The position numbers and the translations under genes were made by a program. From NCBI GenBank assembly GCA_963619335.1, contig CAVEVP010000002.1:30003-94002 (forward strand): 64,000 bases of DNA, written 5' to 3'. Below the pieces are notes generated by a model. It ran no database searches, was not told where the DNA came from, and was given only the letters and a program-made list of their open reading frames with translations. Source of the DNA: Clostridiales bacterium (GTDB lineage Bacteria > Patescibacteriota > Saccharimonadia > Saccharimonadales > Saccharimonadaceae). Shown piece by piece: positions 11,981-22,396 of the stretch (the first letter of the stretch is position 1; each line of letters opens with the position of its first letter).

Positions 11981-13909
11981 ATGGCAGAAAAAACAGAAAT
12001 GCCGGCGGGGCGAAAAAATGGAGCAAATAATAAGTCCAATACGGCGCGAAGTTTGGTGTTTATGATTTTAGTGATTTGTGTGTGTGGGTTTTTGTTGGCG
12101 CGGATGAACCAGGGGGCGGTCGAGATGAAAGAAGTGCCAATCTCGGACGTGATTTCGCGGGCGAACGATCCGAACGGGGATATTGAAAAGATTACGGTAA
12201 TTGGCGACACGCTTGAAATTACTTTGAGAGGCGAAAAGACGGCGACGGAGACTTCGCGTAAGGACGCGAGCGGGACGCTGTATGATCAGGGGCTGAAAAA
12301 TTATTGCGCGGAGGTGGAGAACACCGACGAGCGGGCAAGTTGTGAAGAAAATTATCCGACGATTGAGTATAAAGAAGATATTAATACGTGGGGAATTGTG
12401 CTGGATGTCGCGATTACAGTGGTGCCGATTCTCGCGGTGATTATCTTTTTGTCGTGGATGATGCGGCAGGCGAATGCGGCGAATAATTCGTCAATGGGGT
12501 TTGGCAAGTCGCGGGCGAGGCTGTACGGGCCGGATAAGAAAAAAGTGATGTTTAAGGACGTGGCGGGGAACGAGGCGGCGAAGCAGGATTTGATGGAAAT
12601 TGTGGATTTTTTGAAAAGTCCGAAAAAATACGAGAAACTAGGGGCGAAAATTCCGCGCGGGGTGCTACTCGCGGGCGAGCCCGGGACGGGGAAGACGTTG
12701 ATGGCGCGCGCGGTGGCGGGCGAGGCGAATGTGCCGTTTTTCTCGATTTCGGGTTCGGAATTTGCGGAGATGTTTGTTGGGGTCGGGGCGTCGCGGGTGC
12801 GAGATTTGTTCTCGAAAGCGAAGAAAAATGCGCCGTCGATCATCTTTATTGATGAAATTGATGCGGTGGCGCACAAACGTGATGCGCGCGGAGGCGCGGG
12901 GCGCGAAGACGAACAGACTTTGAACCAGATTTTGGTCGAAATGGACGGATTTGATAATGATTCGGGGGTGATCGTAATGGCGGCGACGAACCGGGTGGAT
13001 ATGCTGGATAAGGCGTTGCTGCGGCCGGGGCGGTTCGATCGGCACGTGAATGTGACTTTGCCGGAGCGAAAGGATCGGTTGGAGATTTTGAAGGTACATT
13101 TTAAGGGGAAACCGATTGAAGAAGGGGTGGACCTTGAGGCGCTGGCGAAGAAAACGGCGGGTTCGTCGGGGGCGGATCTGGCGAATATTGCGAATGAAGC
13201 GGCGATTACGGCGGCGCGCGAAGGTCATAAGGCGATTTCGAATGCGGATTTGACGGAGGCGTTTGAGCGGGTGGCGATTGGACCGGAGCGAAAATCGAAG
13301 GTGATGAATGAAAAAGAGCGGAAAATTACGGCCTATCATGAGGCGGGGCACGCGATTGTCGGGCATGTGTTGCCGGATTCGGATCCAGTACATAAGGTGA
13401 CGATTATTCCGCGCGGTTCGACGGGCGGGGTGACGTGGTTCTTGCCGCCGGAAGATCGAAGTTATAAGAGTATTTATGATTTGAAGGATATTCTCGCGCG
13501 GGCAATGGGCGGACGGATTGCGGAAAAATTGATTTTCGGAACGGATGCGGTAACAACAGGGGCGTCTTCGGATCTTAGCAACGTGGCGGAGCTCGCGAAA
13601 TCGATGGTGGTTGAAGAGGGGATGGGCTCGAAGTTGCGCAACTCAGTTTTCCCGAATGAAAAAACGGGTTATTATACGATTACGGCGGGGAAGCCATATT
13701 CGGAAAAGACGGCGGAGCTGATCGATGCGGAGATTAAACAACTCGCGGATGAGGCGGCTGGACGTGCGGAGATGGTGCTCCGAGCGAATAAGAAAGTGTT
13801 GGACGCGCTCGCGGAGGCGCTGCTTGCGCATGAAACTTTGGAAGAGAAGGAACTGGAGCCGATTCTCGCGGCAGCGAAGTTGCCAGAGGGGGCGAAATTG
13901 CATTCGTAG
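11981..13909 (+). CDS. ftsH: ATP-dependent zinc metalloprotease FtsH
   Basis: Two TM segments, [30 protein letters not shown]. Confidence 0.97.
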   Translation: MAEKTEMPAGRKNGANNKSNTARSLVFMILVICVCGFLLARMNQGAVEMKEVPISDVISRANDPNGDIEKITVIGDTLEITLRGEKTATETSRKDASGTLYDQGLKNYCAEVENTDERASCEENYPTIEYKEDINTWGIVLDVAITVVPILAVIIFLSWMMRQANAANNSSMGFGKSRARLYGPDKKKVMFKDVAGNEAAKQDLMEIVDFLKSPKKYEKLGAKIPRGVLLAGEPGTGKTLMARAVAGEANVPFFSISGSEFAEMFVGVGASRVRDLFSKAKKNAPSIIFIDEIDAVAHKRDARGGAGREDEQTLNQILVEMDGFDNDSGVIVMAATNRVDMLDKALLRPGRFDRHVNVTLPERKDRLEILKVHFKGKPIEEGVDLEALAKKTAGSSGADLANIANEAAITAAREGHKAISNADLTEAFERVAIGPERKSKVMNEKERKITAYHEAGHAIVGHVLPDSDPVHKVTIIPRGSTGGVTWFLPPEDRSYKSIYDLKDILARAMGGRIAEKLIFGTDAVTTGASSDLSNVAELAKSMVVEEGMGSKLRNSVFPNEKTGYYTITAGKPYSEKTAELIDAEIKQLADEAAGRAEMVLRANKKVLDALAEALLAHETLEEKELEPILAAAKLPEGAKLHS

Positions 13910-13988
13910 GGGCGTGATTTGGGAGATTTGGCGGTTTTTAAGCGGAATTTGAGAAGAATTTAGAAGCGAAAATTAAAAAGGAGGAAAA

Positions 13989-16511
13989 ATGGAGCGATTA
14001 TTAGAGTATTTTACACCGGAAAAATATGTTTTAAATTTGACGGTTGATAAGGGGCGGAAGACGATCGGGGGCGTGGTTGAGGTTTTGGGGGTAGCAAAGG
14101 CGGAAACGGTGAAGTTTCACGCGGTGGGCTTATCCGTTAGCTCGGTGCTGGTGAATGACGAAAAGGCGGATTTTGAAACCCGAGATGGGGTTCTTAGCGT
14201 TTTTAAGGTACCTAGGAGCGAAATTAGGGTCGAAATAGGGTATGAGGGCGGTTTGAATGAAAATATGCAGGGAGCGTATCTGTCGACATATGAATATCAG
14301 GGGCGAACAGAGATGATTGTGGCGACGCAGTTTGAGAGCCATTATGCAAGGGAGGCGTTTCCATGTATTGATGAGCCGGCTGCGAAAGCGGTGTTTGAGC
14401 TCACGATTACTGTGCCGGACAAAGATGATTTGGTGCTAGCCAATATGCCGGCAGTTTCCAAGGAGCCTCAACAAAAGTATCGTTTGGGGTCGCGTCCGGC
14501 CAGCCCGTCGCCACGGGTGGCCGGCGCTAAGCCTCGCGCTGCCGCGCTCCGGAATCCCCCAAACAATACCTTTGTTTCGGCTAAATACACCACCGTCTTC
14601 GAGCCGACGCCGCGGATGTCGACGTATCTGCTCGCGTTCGTGGTGGGGAAGTTTCAGGGGAAAACGGTGAAAAATGCGCATGGGACGGAGATTACGACCT
14701 ATTGTTCGCTGGCGCAGGAACTCGACGCGGTGGATTTTGCGAATGAGGTGGCGGCGAAATCGCTCGAGTTTTATGATGATAATTTTGGGGTGAAGTACCC
14801 CTTAAAAAAGCTTGATCAGATCGCATTGCCGGATTTTGAGGCGGGGGCGATGGAAAACTGGGGGCTGGTGACGTATCGGGAATCGATGATGCTGGCGGGG
14901 AAAAATGCGACGCTGGGGACGAAAAAGTCAGTGGCGCTGACGGTGGCGCACGAATTGTCGCACCAGTGGTTCGGGGATCTTGTGACGATGGCGTGGTGGG
15001 GCGATTTGTGGTTGAATGAGTCGTTTGCGAGCGTGATGGAATATTTCGCGGTCGATCACGCATATCCGGAATTTAAGATTTTTGAGGGCTTTTTCACGGG
15101 CGATTGTTTTTCGGCGCTGTCGCGGGACGCGTATTCGGGCGTGCAGTCGGTTCATCAAGACGTAGCGGATCCGGCGGAAATTGCGACGCTGTTTGACGGG
15201 GCGATTGTGTATTCGAAAGGCGCGCGGTTGATGCTAATGTTAATTCGGATGATGGGCTGGGATGAATTTTGCCGAGGAATTCGGGACTATTTTGAGAAAT
15301 TTAAATATCAAAATACGGTGGGGGACGATTTGTGGGCGTGTTTGACGAAATATGCGGAGTTTGATGTTGGGAAAATGATGCACGCGTTCATCGATCGGCC
15401 GGGGTATCCGGTTTTGACGAGCAAAAACGGGAATTTTGAGGAATTTGAGCAGCAACGATTTTTGCTGGACGGCGAAATGGCGGGATCGGACTGGCCGCTG
15501 CCGAAAATTACGGAGGATATGAGTGGACATTATGTGTTGAATTTGTCGGAGGCGGAGTTTGAAGAGAGGTTGGCGCGGTTTGATGAGCTGAATTTGGAGG
15601 AAAAATTAAGGCTGTTGATCGATCGGTCGCTGGTTTGCCGGACAAAATTGGCGTCTTCAGAGTCGCTGTTACCGTTAATTGCGAAGTTTCGGGACGAAAA
15701 TTCGGCGGCGGTGTGGAATATCGTGGCGGTGATTGTCGGGCAGCTGAAAATTTTCTGCGAGCCGGATTCGGAGGCGGAAAAGCAGTTGAAAAAGTTTGTG
15801 GGGGAATTGGTCGAGCCGAAACTCGCGGAAGTGGGGCTAGTGACGCGGGCAGATGACGATGAAAATACTTTGCGGCTGCGGGCGGTGCTGTCAGGGCTGG
15901 ATTATTATGCGGAAAATGCGGAGAATTTAAAAGTTTTGGCGGATTTATATACGCGAGATTTTGCGAAATTGGACGCGGAGACGCGGGATGCGGTGCTGGA
16001 CGCGAAAATTTATTTTGAGCCGGAGATGGCGAGCGAATTTTTGGATGCTTATCGCGAGACGGCGGATCCGGATGTGAAGTTTGATTTGCTGTTTGCGACG
16101 ACTTTGGCGCGGGACGAGAAAGTTTTGGCGCGGATGGTGGAAGTTTTAAATGATGTTGAGCTGGTGAAACCGCAGGATCAATTACATCTGTTTATTTACC
16201 TGTTTAGAAATACGCGGGCGCGAAAAATGGTCTGGCAGTGGCTAGTGGCGCACTGGGATTTTGTGAAAAAAATGATGGGCGACAAGTCACTGGACGCGTA
16301 TCCGCGATATACGGCGAATTTGATTCGCACCGAGGAAGGATTTAAGGCGTGGCAGGAATTTTTCGAGCCGATGCGAGAAGATCCGGCTTTGAAGCGGGCG
16401 ATTGAAATTGGTGAGAAAGAAATTGCGGCGAGGTTAGAACTGATTAAAAATGACCGCGAGGCGGTAGAAAAAGCGTTAAAAAATGACCAAGCATGGTCAC
16501 TAACGGATTAA
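13989..16511 (+). CDS. pepN: M1 family aminopeptidase with an in-frame palindromic insertion
   Basis: TQFE...AFPCIDEP, GAMENWG, HELSHQW-x-E, VYSKGA. Confidence 0.93.
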   Translation: MERLLEYFTPEKYVLNLTVDKGRKTIGGVVEVLGVAKAETVKFHAVGLSVSSVLVNDEKADFETRDGVLSVFKVPRSEIRVEIGYEGGLNENMQGAYLSTYEYQGRTEMIVATQFESHYAREAFPCIDEPAAKAVFELTITVPDKDDLVLANMPAVSKEPQQKYRLGSRPASPSPRVAGAKPRAAALRNPPNNTFVSAKYTTVFEPTPRMSTYLLAFVVGKFQGKTVKNAHGTEITTYCSLAQELDAVDFANEVAAKSLEFYDDNFGVKYPLKKLDQIALPDFEAGAMENWGLVTYRESMMLAGKNATLGTKKSVALTVAHELSHQWFGDLVTMAWWGDLWLNESFASVMEYFAVDHAYPEFKIFEGFFTGDCFSALSRDAYSGVQSVHQDVADPAEIATLFDGAIVYSKGARLMLMLIRMMGWDEFCRGIRDYFEKFKYQNTVGDDLWACLTKYAEFDVGKMMHAFIDRPGYPVLTSKNGNFEEFEQQRFLLDGEMAGSDWPLPKITEDMSGHYVLNLSEAEFEERLARFDELNLEEKLRLLIDRSLVCRTKLASSESLLPLIAKFRDENSAAVWNIVAVIVGQLKIFCEPDSEAEKQLKKFVGELVEPKLAEVGLVTRADDDENTLRLRAVLSGLDYYAENAENLKVLADLYTRDFAKLDAETRDAVLDAKIYFEPEMASEFLDAYRETADPDVKFDLLFATTLARDEKVLARMVEVLNDVELVKPQDQLHLFIYLFRNTRARKMVWQWLVAHWDFVKKMMGDKSLDAYPRYTANLIRTEEGFKAWQEFFEPMREDPALKRAIEIGEKEIAARLELIKNDREAVEKALKNDQAWSLTD
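14465..14581. repeat. Family B palindromic element, copy B1, inside pepN
   Basis: Core CGCGTCCGGCCAGCCCGTCGCCACGGGTGGCCGGCGCT..CCTCGCGCTGCCGCGCTCCGGA flanked by arms ACAAAAGTATCGTTTGGGG / CCCCAAACAATACCTTTGT. Confidence 0.88.
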
Positions 16512-16561
16512 TTTAACGGTATAACTTCTATTATACCACAGATTGTTCTAAAAGTCAATAG

Positions 16562-16648
16562 TGGTGCCCGAGGCAGGACTTGAACCTGTACGATATTGCT
16601 ACCACTAGCACCTGAAGCTAGCGCGTCTACCAATTCCGCCACTCGGGC
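16562..16648 (-). tRNA. tRNA-Leu(CAG)
   Basis: GCCCGAGTGGCGGAATTGGTAGACGCG-CTAGC-TTCAGGT-GCTAG with long variable arm, CCA end. Confidence 0.93.
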
Positions 16649-16718
16649 CTGTGTTTATTATAACATATTTTTTGAAAAAATGCGGGATATGATATAATTA
16701 AAGCAACTCGGAGGTAAA

Positions 16719-17843
16719 ATGATTACAGTAAATTTTGAACCAGCAATGGATGAAGCGAAAACCGCGGAGATTTTGAAGGAAATTGCGCGGGATAAAATGG
16801 GGGGGTGGTTGGAATTGCCGCGGAAGTTTGATATGGGGGAGTTTGTGCGGATTAAAGAGGCGGCGAAAAAAATTCAGGAAGAAAGCGAATATTTGGTTTG
16901 TATTGGGATTGGGGGGTCGTATTTGGGGCATCGGGCGGCGATCGAGGCTCTGCGGCCGCGGTCGGAGACGAAAATTATTTATGCGGGGAATTCGCTGTCG
17001 AGGCGGGAGCTCGAATATGCGCTGGAAAAAGTCGGCGACCACGATTTTTCGGTAAATGTGATTTCAAAATCGGGCACAACGCTCGAGCCGGCGGTGGCGT
17101 TTAATGCGTTTAAACGGAAATTGATTGAAAAATATGGCGAGGCGGAGGCGGCGAGCCGGATTTATGCGACTACGGACCGCAAAAAAGGTGCCCTACACGA
17201 TGAGGCGGTGGCGGCGGGCTACGCGCGGTTTGTGGTGCCGGATGATGTCGGCGGGCGCTATTCGGTTTTGTCGGCGGTGGGGCTGCTACCGATGGCGGTG
17301 GCGGGAATTAATGTTGATAAGCTATTGGAGGGGGCGGCGACAGCGGTGGAAACGGCGGTTGAGCCGGCGACAAAATACGCTTGGATGCGATATGAACTGG
17401 GACGAAAGGGCTACGATACGGAAGTTTTTGCGAGCGCGGAGCCGGCGACGATGTATTTTAGCGAATGGCTAAAACAGTTGTTTGGCGAAAGTGAGGGTAA
17501 GGGGAAACAGGGTGTTTTTCCGGCGAGCGTGATTTATTCGACGGACCTACATTCGCTGGGGCAGTTCATGCAGGACGGGCGAAGGAATTTGTGGGAGACG
17601 ATTATCGATTATCCGACCGACGAACAAAACGCGAAAGTGGTGACGGCAGTAAGAGCCGCGCACACGGAAGGCGGGATTTTAGTGTTAAATATCGGGGTGC
17701 CGTCGTTTGATGAGATAGGATTTGGGGAGTTGATTTATTTCTTTGAGCTGGCGTGCGCGGTGTCGGCAAAATTATTCGGAGTAAATCCGTTTGATCAGCC
17801 GGGGGTGGAGGCGTATAAAGCGGAACTTAAGCAGTTATTATAG
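16719..17843 (+). CDS. pgi: Glucose-6-phosphate isomerase (compact)
   Basis: GIGGSYLG, SKSGTTLE, VGGRYSV, QLFGESEGK, DLHSLGQ, PFDQPGVEAYK. Confidence 0.95.
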   Translation: MITVNFEPAMDEAKTAEILKEIARDKMGGWLELPRKFDMGEFVRIKEAAKKIQEESEYLVCIGIGGSYLGHRAAIEALRPRSETKIIYAGNSLSRRELEYALEKVGDHDFSVNVISKSGTTLEPAVAFNAFKRKLIEKYGEAEAASRIYATTDRKKGALHDEAVAAGYARFVVPDDVGGRYSVLSAVGLLPMAVAGINVDKLLEGAATAVETAVEPATKYAWMRYELGRKGYDTEVFASAEPATMYFSEWLKQLFGESEGKGKQGVFPASVIYSTDLHSLGQFMQDGRRNLWETIIDYPTDEQNAKVVTAVRAAHTEGGILVLNIGVPSFDEIGFGELIYFFELACAVSAKLFGVNPFDQPGVEAYKAELKQLL

Positions 17844-18771
17844 TGCCGGCGGAGCCGTCTAAAGCTGAACTTAAATGTTCGATATCGGTGATGAGGCTAA
17901 GTTTGCGAGTTTTGTGGGTGGAAAATTTAATCGCGGCTTCGACTTTGGGGAGCATGGAGCCGGGTTTGAAATGGCCGTCTTTAATTAGTTTTTTAAGCTC
18001 CGCGGCGGAAATTTTGGAGAGGGCGGTTTGAGTGGGCGTGTTGAAATTTAAATAAACGTTTGGCACGGCGGTGATAGAGGCGAAAATGTCGGCGCGAGTT
18101 AGTTCGGCGAGTTTTTCAGCGGCGTAATCTTTATCGATCACAGCGTCGATACCTTTCAAGCGTTTTAAAACTTTAGTGCGGACGACTGGAATGCCACCGC
18201 CGCCAGCAGCGATAACGATAACGCCGTTTTGGGCCAGTTCAATAATGGTTTTTTTCTCGACGATATCGACGGGCTTTGGCGAAGCGACAACTCGGCGCCA
18301 ACCGCGACCGGCGTCTTCTTTAACCATCCAATGATTTTTGCGGGCGAGAGCGCGAGCGGTGTTTTTGTCGTAGAATTGGCCGATAGGTTTGGTTGGATTT
18401 TTGAAGGCAGGGTCGGAACGATTAACTACGACTTGAGAAATAATAGTGGCGATTTTTTGAGAACGACCGCGTTTGATGAAAGCATTGTTGATAGCTTGGG
18501 TGAGCCAGTAGCCGATTTGGCCTTGACTCATGGCGACGGCGGTTTCGAGAGGCATGGCGGGCGCGGCGGCGCTTGCGGCGGATTCTTCGTGAATTAAAAT
18601 ATTGCCGATTTGCGGGCCGTTGCCATGGACGATAATAATTTCATATTTTTGCGCTAAGTCGGCAATGGCTTCGCCGACGGTTTCGGCGATTTTTTTCTGG
18701 GCGTCGGCAGTGTTTTCACCATTTTTTTGCAGGGCATTACCACCAAAAGCAAGTACAATTCGTTGTTTCAT
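17827..18771 (-). CDS. arcC: Carbamate kinase (AguC/ArcC)
   Basis: GGNAL, HGNGPQIG, NPTKPIG, EDAGRGWRRVVASP, GGGGIPV, AVIDKD, GSMLPKVEAA. Confidence 0.95.
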   Translation of the reverse strand: MKQRIVLAFGGNALQKNGENTADAQKKIAETVGEAIADLAQKYEIIIVHGNGPQIGNILIHEESAASAAAPAMPLETAVAMSQGQIGYWLTQAINNAFIKRGRSQKIATIISQVVVNRSDPAFKNPTKPIGQFYDKNTARALARKNHWMVKEDAGRGWRRVVASPKPVDIVEKKTIIELAQNGVIVIAAGGGGIPVVRTKVLKRLKGIDAVIDKDYAAEKLAELTRADIFASITAVPNVYLNFNTPTQTALSKISAAELKKLIKDGHFKPGSMLPKVEAAIKFSTHKTRKLSLITDIEHLSSALDGSAGTIITA

Positions 18772-18822
18772 AAGTTAATTATACCACTTGTGCTTTTTTT
18801 AAAAAACTATATAATAATAAGT

Positions 18823-19839
18823 ATGGATGGGTATACTTTAGCGCACCAAAAACCAACACACAAAGATTTTTTGGACACGACCGATTTTGAACAATCCGAA
18901 ATTATGGATATTATTAATACTTCGCGAATTGTGCGAGATTATATTAAGGACGGAGGGTTTTTAAATTCACTGTTTCACAAGACTTTGGCGATGTTGTTTG
19001 AGCAAAAGTCGACACGGACGCGGATTTCGTTTGAGGTGGCGATGGCACAACTGGGCGGGCATGCGTTGAATTTGGCGCCGGGAGCGATCCAGTTGGGTGC
19101 GCACGAAACGATTGAAGACACGGCGCGGGTGTTTGGGCGAATGTGCGACATGGCGATGGCGCGAGTGGATCGGCATGAGTCGATTGAGGCGCTGGCGAAA
19201 TATGCGGAAATCCCGGTGATTAACGGGATGAGCGACCGAGTGCATCCGACGCAGGGGGTGGGCGATATGATTACGGTGCTGGATCATTGGCCAGCAGGGA
19301 AAAAGCCGAATGAGGTGAAGTTCATTTTTGTGGGCGATGCGACACAAGTTTGCAATACTTTGTGCGAAATTACGACCAAACTCGGGTTTAATTTTGTGCA
19401 TTTTGGGCCGGAAAATCACAAAATTGCGGATGAATGGCTGGAAATTGGCAAGAAAAATGCTGAAAAATATGGCGGAAGTTGTATGTGGAGCGACGACGAA
19501 GCGGTGCTCGCGGGGGCGGACTTTATTTATACGGATGTGTGGTATGGGCTTTACGATAAAGAAACGCCGAAAGAAGTTTATATGGCAGATTTTTATCCAA
19601 AGTATCAAGTGAATGCAGAAATGCTTGCGAAAACCGGCAATTCGGCGGTGAAATTTATGCATTGTTTGCCAGCAAACCGCAACGAGGAAGTCACGGATGA
19701 AGTTTTGGACGGGCCGAATTCGGCGGCGTGGGACGAAGCGGAGAATCGGTTGACCGCGCAGAGGGGACTGGTGTTGTATTTTGGTGGTGTCGCACAAGCC
19801 ACCTTAAATTATATTAAGCAACAGAAGGAGGCAAAATAA
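18823..19839 (+). CDS. ptcA: Putrescine carbamoyltransferase (AguB/PtcA)
   Basis: STRTR, HPTQ, HCLP transcarbamylase motifs, with YTDVWYGLYD loop characteristic of putrescine rather than ornithine transcarbamylase (DxxxSMG); adjacent to aguA. Confidence 0.9.
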   Translation: MDGYTLAHQKPTHKDFLDTTDFEQSEIMDIINTSRIVRDYIKDGGFLNSLFHKTLAMLFEQKSTRTRISFEVAMAQLGGHALNLAPGAIQLGAHETIEDTARVFGRMCDMAMARVDRHESIEALAKYAEIPVINGMSDRVHPTQGVGDMITVLDHWPAGKKPNEVKFIFVGDATQVCNTLCEITTKLGFNFVHFGPENHKIADEWLEIGKKNAEKYGGSCMWSDDEAVLAGADFIYTDVWYGLYDKETPKEVYMADFYPKYQVNAEMLAKTGNSAVKFMHCLPANRNEEVTDEVLDGPNSAAWDEAENRLTAQRGLVLYFGGVAQATLNYIKQQKEAK

Positions 19840-21305
19840 TGCCGCAGAAAAAACGTAAATTCAGACTGTTTTCGGCAGTGCTCGCGACAGTCTGTATAAT
19901 CTTGGTGGGGGACGCAGTCGCGCCGACAGCATCGATTGGTAATTCAATGTATGTGTGGTGGCTGATTATGATTATTGGGTTCTTTATTCCCTATGCGTTG
20001 ATTTCGGCGGAGCTCGGGACGCAATATCCGTCGGAAGGAGGGATGTATACCTGGATTAAAAAGGCGTTTAGTAAAAAGTGGGCGTCGCGCGTGGCGTGGT
20101 TTTATTGGGTAAATTATCCCTTGTGGATTGCATCGCTTGCGGATTTGATTACGTCGCTACTCATGCAAATGCTAGGGGTGGAAATGGAAATTTGGATGGT
20201 GCTCGCGATACAGCTATTCTATACGGTATTGGTGACAGTGCTGGGAATGCTCCGAATTTCGCAGTCGGCGTGGGTATCAAATCTCGGCGCGATAATTAAG
20301 TTTTTAATTCTCGGTGGGATTTCGGCGCTAGGAATTTATGTGTTCTGTACGCAAGGGACAATGAATCCGGTGGAATCGTGGCATGATTTTGTGCCACTGC
20401 TTTCGGCGGATGGAGGGATTGATTGGACGGGGTTAGCGTTCGTGTCGTTAATTATCTTTAATATGCTGGGATTTGAAGTGGTGGGGACGTTTGTGGACGA
20501 TATGGACAAGCCCAAAAAACAAATTCCGCAAGCGATTATCCTTGGCGGGGTGCTGATTGCGATATTTTATATTTTGCCGTCGTTTGCGATTGGGGTGGGG
20601 ACGGAATTTTCGGAGATCTCGACGGATACGGGGCTTTTAGATTCGTATGAGATCTTAATGGAACACGCCGGGTTTTCGGTGGCGGCGATTAAATCGATTA
20701 TTGTAGTGGTGGGGTCGCTGTTTATTCTGACGCTAATTTCGAATATTTCGTCGTGGAATTTTGGGGTATATTCGGTGATCGCGTATGCGGCGGAAGACGG
20801 GATGTTCCCGAAATCTTGGACTAAGCGCAATAAAGACGGCGTGCCGTATATGGTCGGGGTGTGGACGGGGGTGGTCGCGGTGGTACTAGCGGTAGCGGGA
20901 ATTATTCTAGCGTATTGTTTCCCCGAATGGGAAGCCGGTTCGAATATGTTTTGGGCGTTCTTTGATTTGTCGCTAGTGTGTTTGCTACTATCATATATTC
21001 CGATGTTTGCGGCGTTTATCAAATTACATAAAGACGGCAAACAAGTGAAAAACGGGTATTGGATTAAGACTGGATCGGTGATGAGGTGGGTGCTAGGGGT
21101 AGTGCCATTAATACTGCTCGGAATTTCGTTGTTATTTACCTTAGTGCCGGAGTTTTCGCTTGAGGCAATCGAGGGGAATATGACTTTGATTGTATCATCG
21201 GTGATTTGTGTGGTGATTGGGGAAGTAATGATTGCAAATATGTCGCGTAAAGATAAGCAAAAAAAGTTAGCTAAAAAGTCAACAAGAAAGGTGGCCAAAA
21301 GATGA
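19839..21305 (+). CDS. aguD: APC-family transporter, probable agmatine/putrescine antiporter
   Basis: About 12 TM segments, AELGTQYPSEGG, GFEV motif; lies between ptcA and aguA. Confidence 0.82.
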   Translation: MPQKKRKFRLFSAVLATVCIILVGDAVAPTASIGNSMYVWWLIMIIGFFIPYALISAELGTQYPSEGGMYTWIKKAFSKKWASRVAWFYWVNYPLWIASLADLITSLLMQMLGVEMEIWMVLAIQLFYTVLVTVLGMLRISQSAWVSNLGAIIKFLILGGISALGIYVFCTQGTMNPVESWHDFVPLLSADGGIDWTGLAFVSLIIFNMLGFEVVGTFVDDMDKPKKQIPQAIILGGVLIAIFYILPSFAIGVGTEFSEISTDTGLLDSYEILMEHAGFSVAAIKSIIVVVGSLFILTLISNISSWNFGVYSVIAYAAEDGMFPKSWTKRNKDGVPYMVGVWTGVVAVVLAVAGIILAYCFPEWEAGSNMFWAFFDLSLVCLLLSYIPMFAAFIKLHKDGKQVKNGYWIKTGSVMRWVLGVVPLILLGISLLFTLVPEFSLEAIEGNMTLIVSSVICVVIGEVMIANMSRKDKQKKLAKKSTRKVAKR

Positions 21306-22396
21306 AACTAAATTCAACGCCAAAAAATGACGGTTTTTACATGCCGTCGGAACTTGCGGAACATAAATGTACGTATGTGTTGTGGCCGGAACGACCGGAC
21401 AACTGGCGCGGCGGAGCGAAGCCAGCGCAAAAGGCTTTTCGCGAAGTGGTAGAAAAAATTGCGAAGTATGAGCCGGTGGTGCTGGGGGTGAATTCGTCGC
21501 AATATGCGCACGTACTGGGTATGAATATGAAAAATGTGGCCGTGGTGGAGATTTCGAATAATGATTCGTGGATTCGGGACACGGGCGCGACGATGGTGAT
21601 TAATGGTCAGGGCGAAATGCGTGCCGTGGATTGGGAATTTAATGGTTATGGCGGGTTGTTTAACGGAATTTATTTTCCGTGGGATTTGGACGACGCGATT
21701 GCTGCCAAAATGGCGGCGATTGAAAAAGTGGACCGGTATCGGACGGACGGTTTTGTACTGGAAGGAGGGTCGGTACATAGTGATGGCGAGGGGACTTTGC
21801 TCGTAACCGAAGAAACTTTGTTGGATGAAGGACGCAATCCGGGCATGAGTAAAGCGGAAATTGAGGCAAAGTTGCTTGAATATTGTGGCGCGGAAAAAGT
21901 ACTGTGGATCCCGTACGGGATTTACAAAGATGAAGATACGAACGGGCATGTGGATAATATTTGCCAATTCGTGGCGCCGGGGAAAGTAGTGCTGGCATGG
22001 GAAGATAATATTTCTGATCCGCAACACGAACGGTCGGTGCGAGCGTTAGAATATTTGGAGAGCGAAACTGATGCACGTGGGCGAAAGCTCGAAATTGTCA
22101 AAATTCACGTGCCGAGTCCGGTGACGATTACTAAAGAAGAATCGGAAGGCGTGGATGTGGTCGAGGGGACGTTCCCGCGCAATGAGGGCGATCGGTTGCC
22201 GGCGTCGTACATTAATTATTATAACTGTAATGGGGCGATTATTTTGCCGGTCTTTAATGACCCGCGAGACGAGGAAGCGATTCGGACTCTGCAGGCGTGC
22301 TTTCCAGACAGGGTGATTGAGCCGGTATATGCGCGTGAGATTTTACTCGGTGGCGGAAATATTCATTGCATTACGCAACAGGTGCCAAAGGCATGA
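21302..22396 (+). CDS. aguA: Agmatine deiminase
   Basis: WPERPDNW, DSWIRD, LEGGS, TNGHVD, GGGNIHCITQQ. Confidence 0.95.
   Translation: MKLNSTPKNDGFYMPSELAEHKCTYVLWPERPDNWRGGAKPAQKAFREVVEKIAKYEPVVLGVNSSQYAHVLGMNMKNVAVVEISNNDSWIRDTGATMVINGQGEMRAVDWEFNGYGGLFNGIYFPWDLDDAIAAKMAAIEKVDRYRTDGFVLEGGSVHSDGEGTLLVTEETLLDEGRNPGMSKAEIEAKLLEYCGAEKVLWIPYGIYKDEDTNGHVDNICQFVAPGKVVLAWEDNISDPQHERSVRALEYLESETDARGRKLEIVKIHVPSPVTITKEESEGVDVVEGTFPRNEGDRLPASYINYYNCNGAIILPVFNDPRDEEAIRTLQACFPDRVIEPVYAREILLGGGNIHCITQQVPKA

Noticed and set aside
11489..12026. Short minus-strand ORFs
   Set aside because: Overlap the tRNA-Pro genes
18823..19839. Ornithine carbamoyltransferase / arginine deiminase system
   Set aside because: YGLY loop instead of SMG, and the neighbouring enzyme is agmatine deiminase, not arginine deiminase
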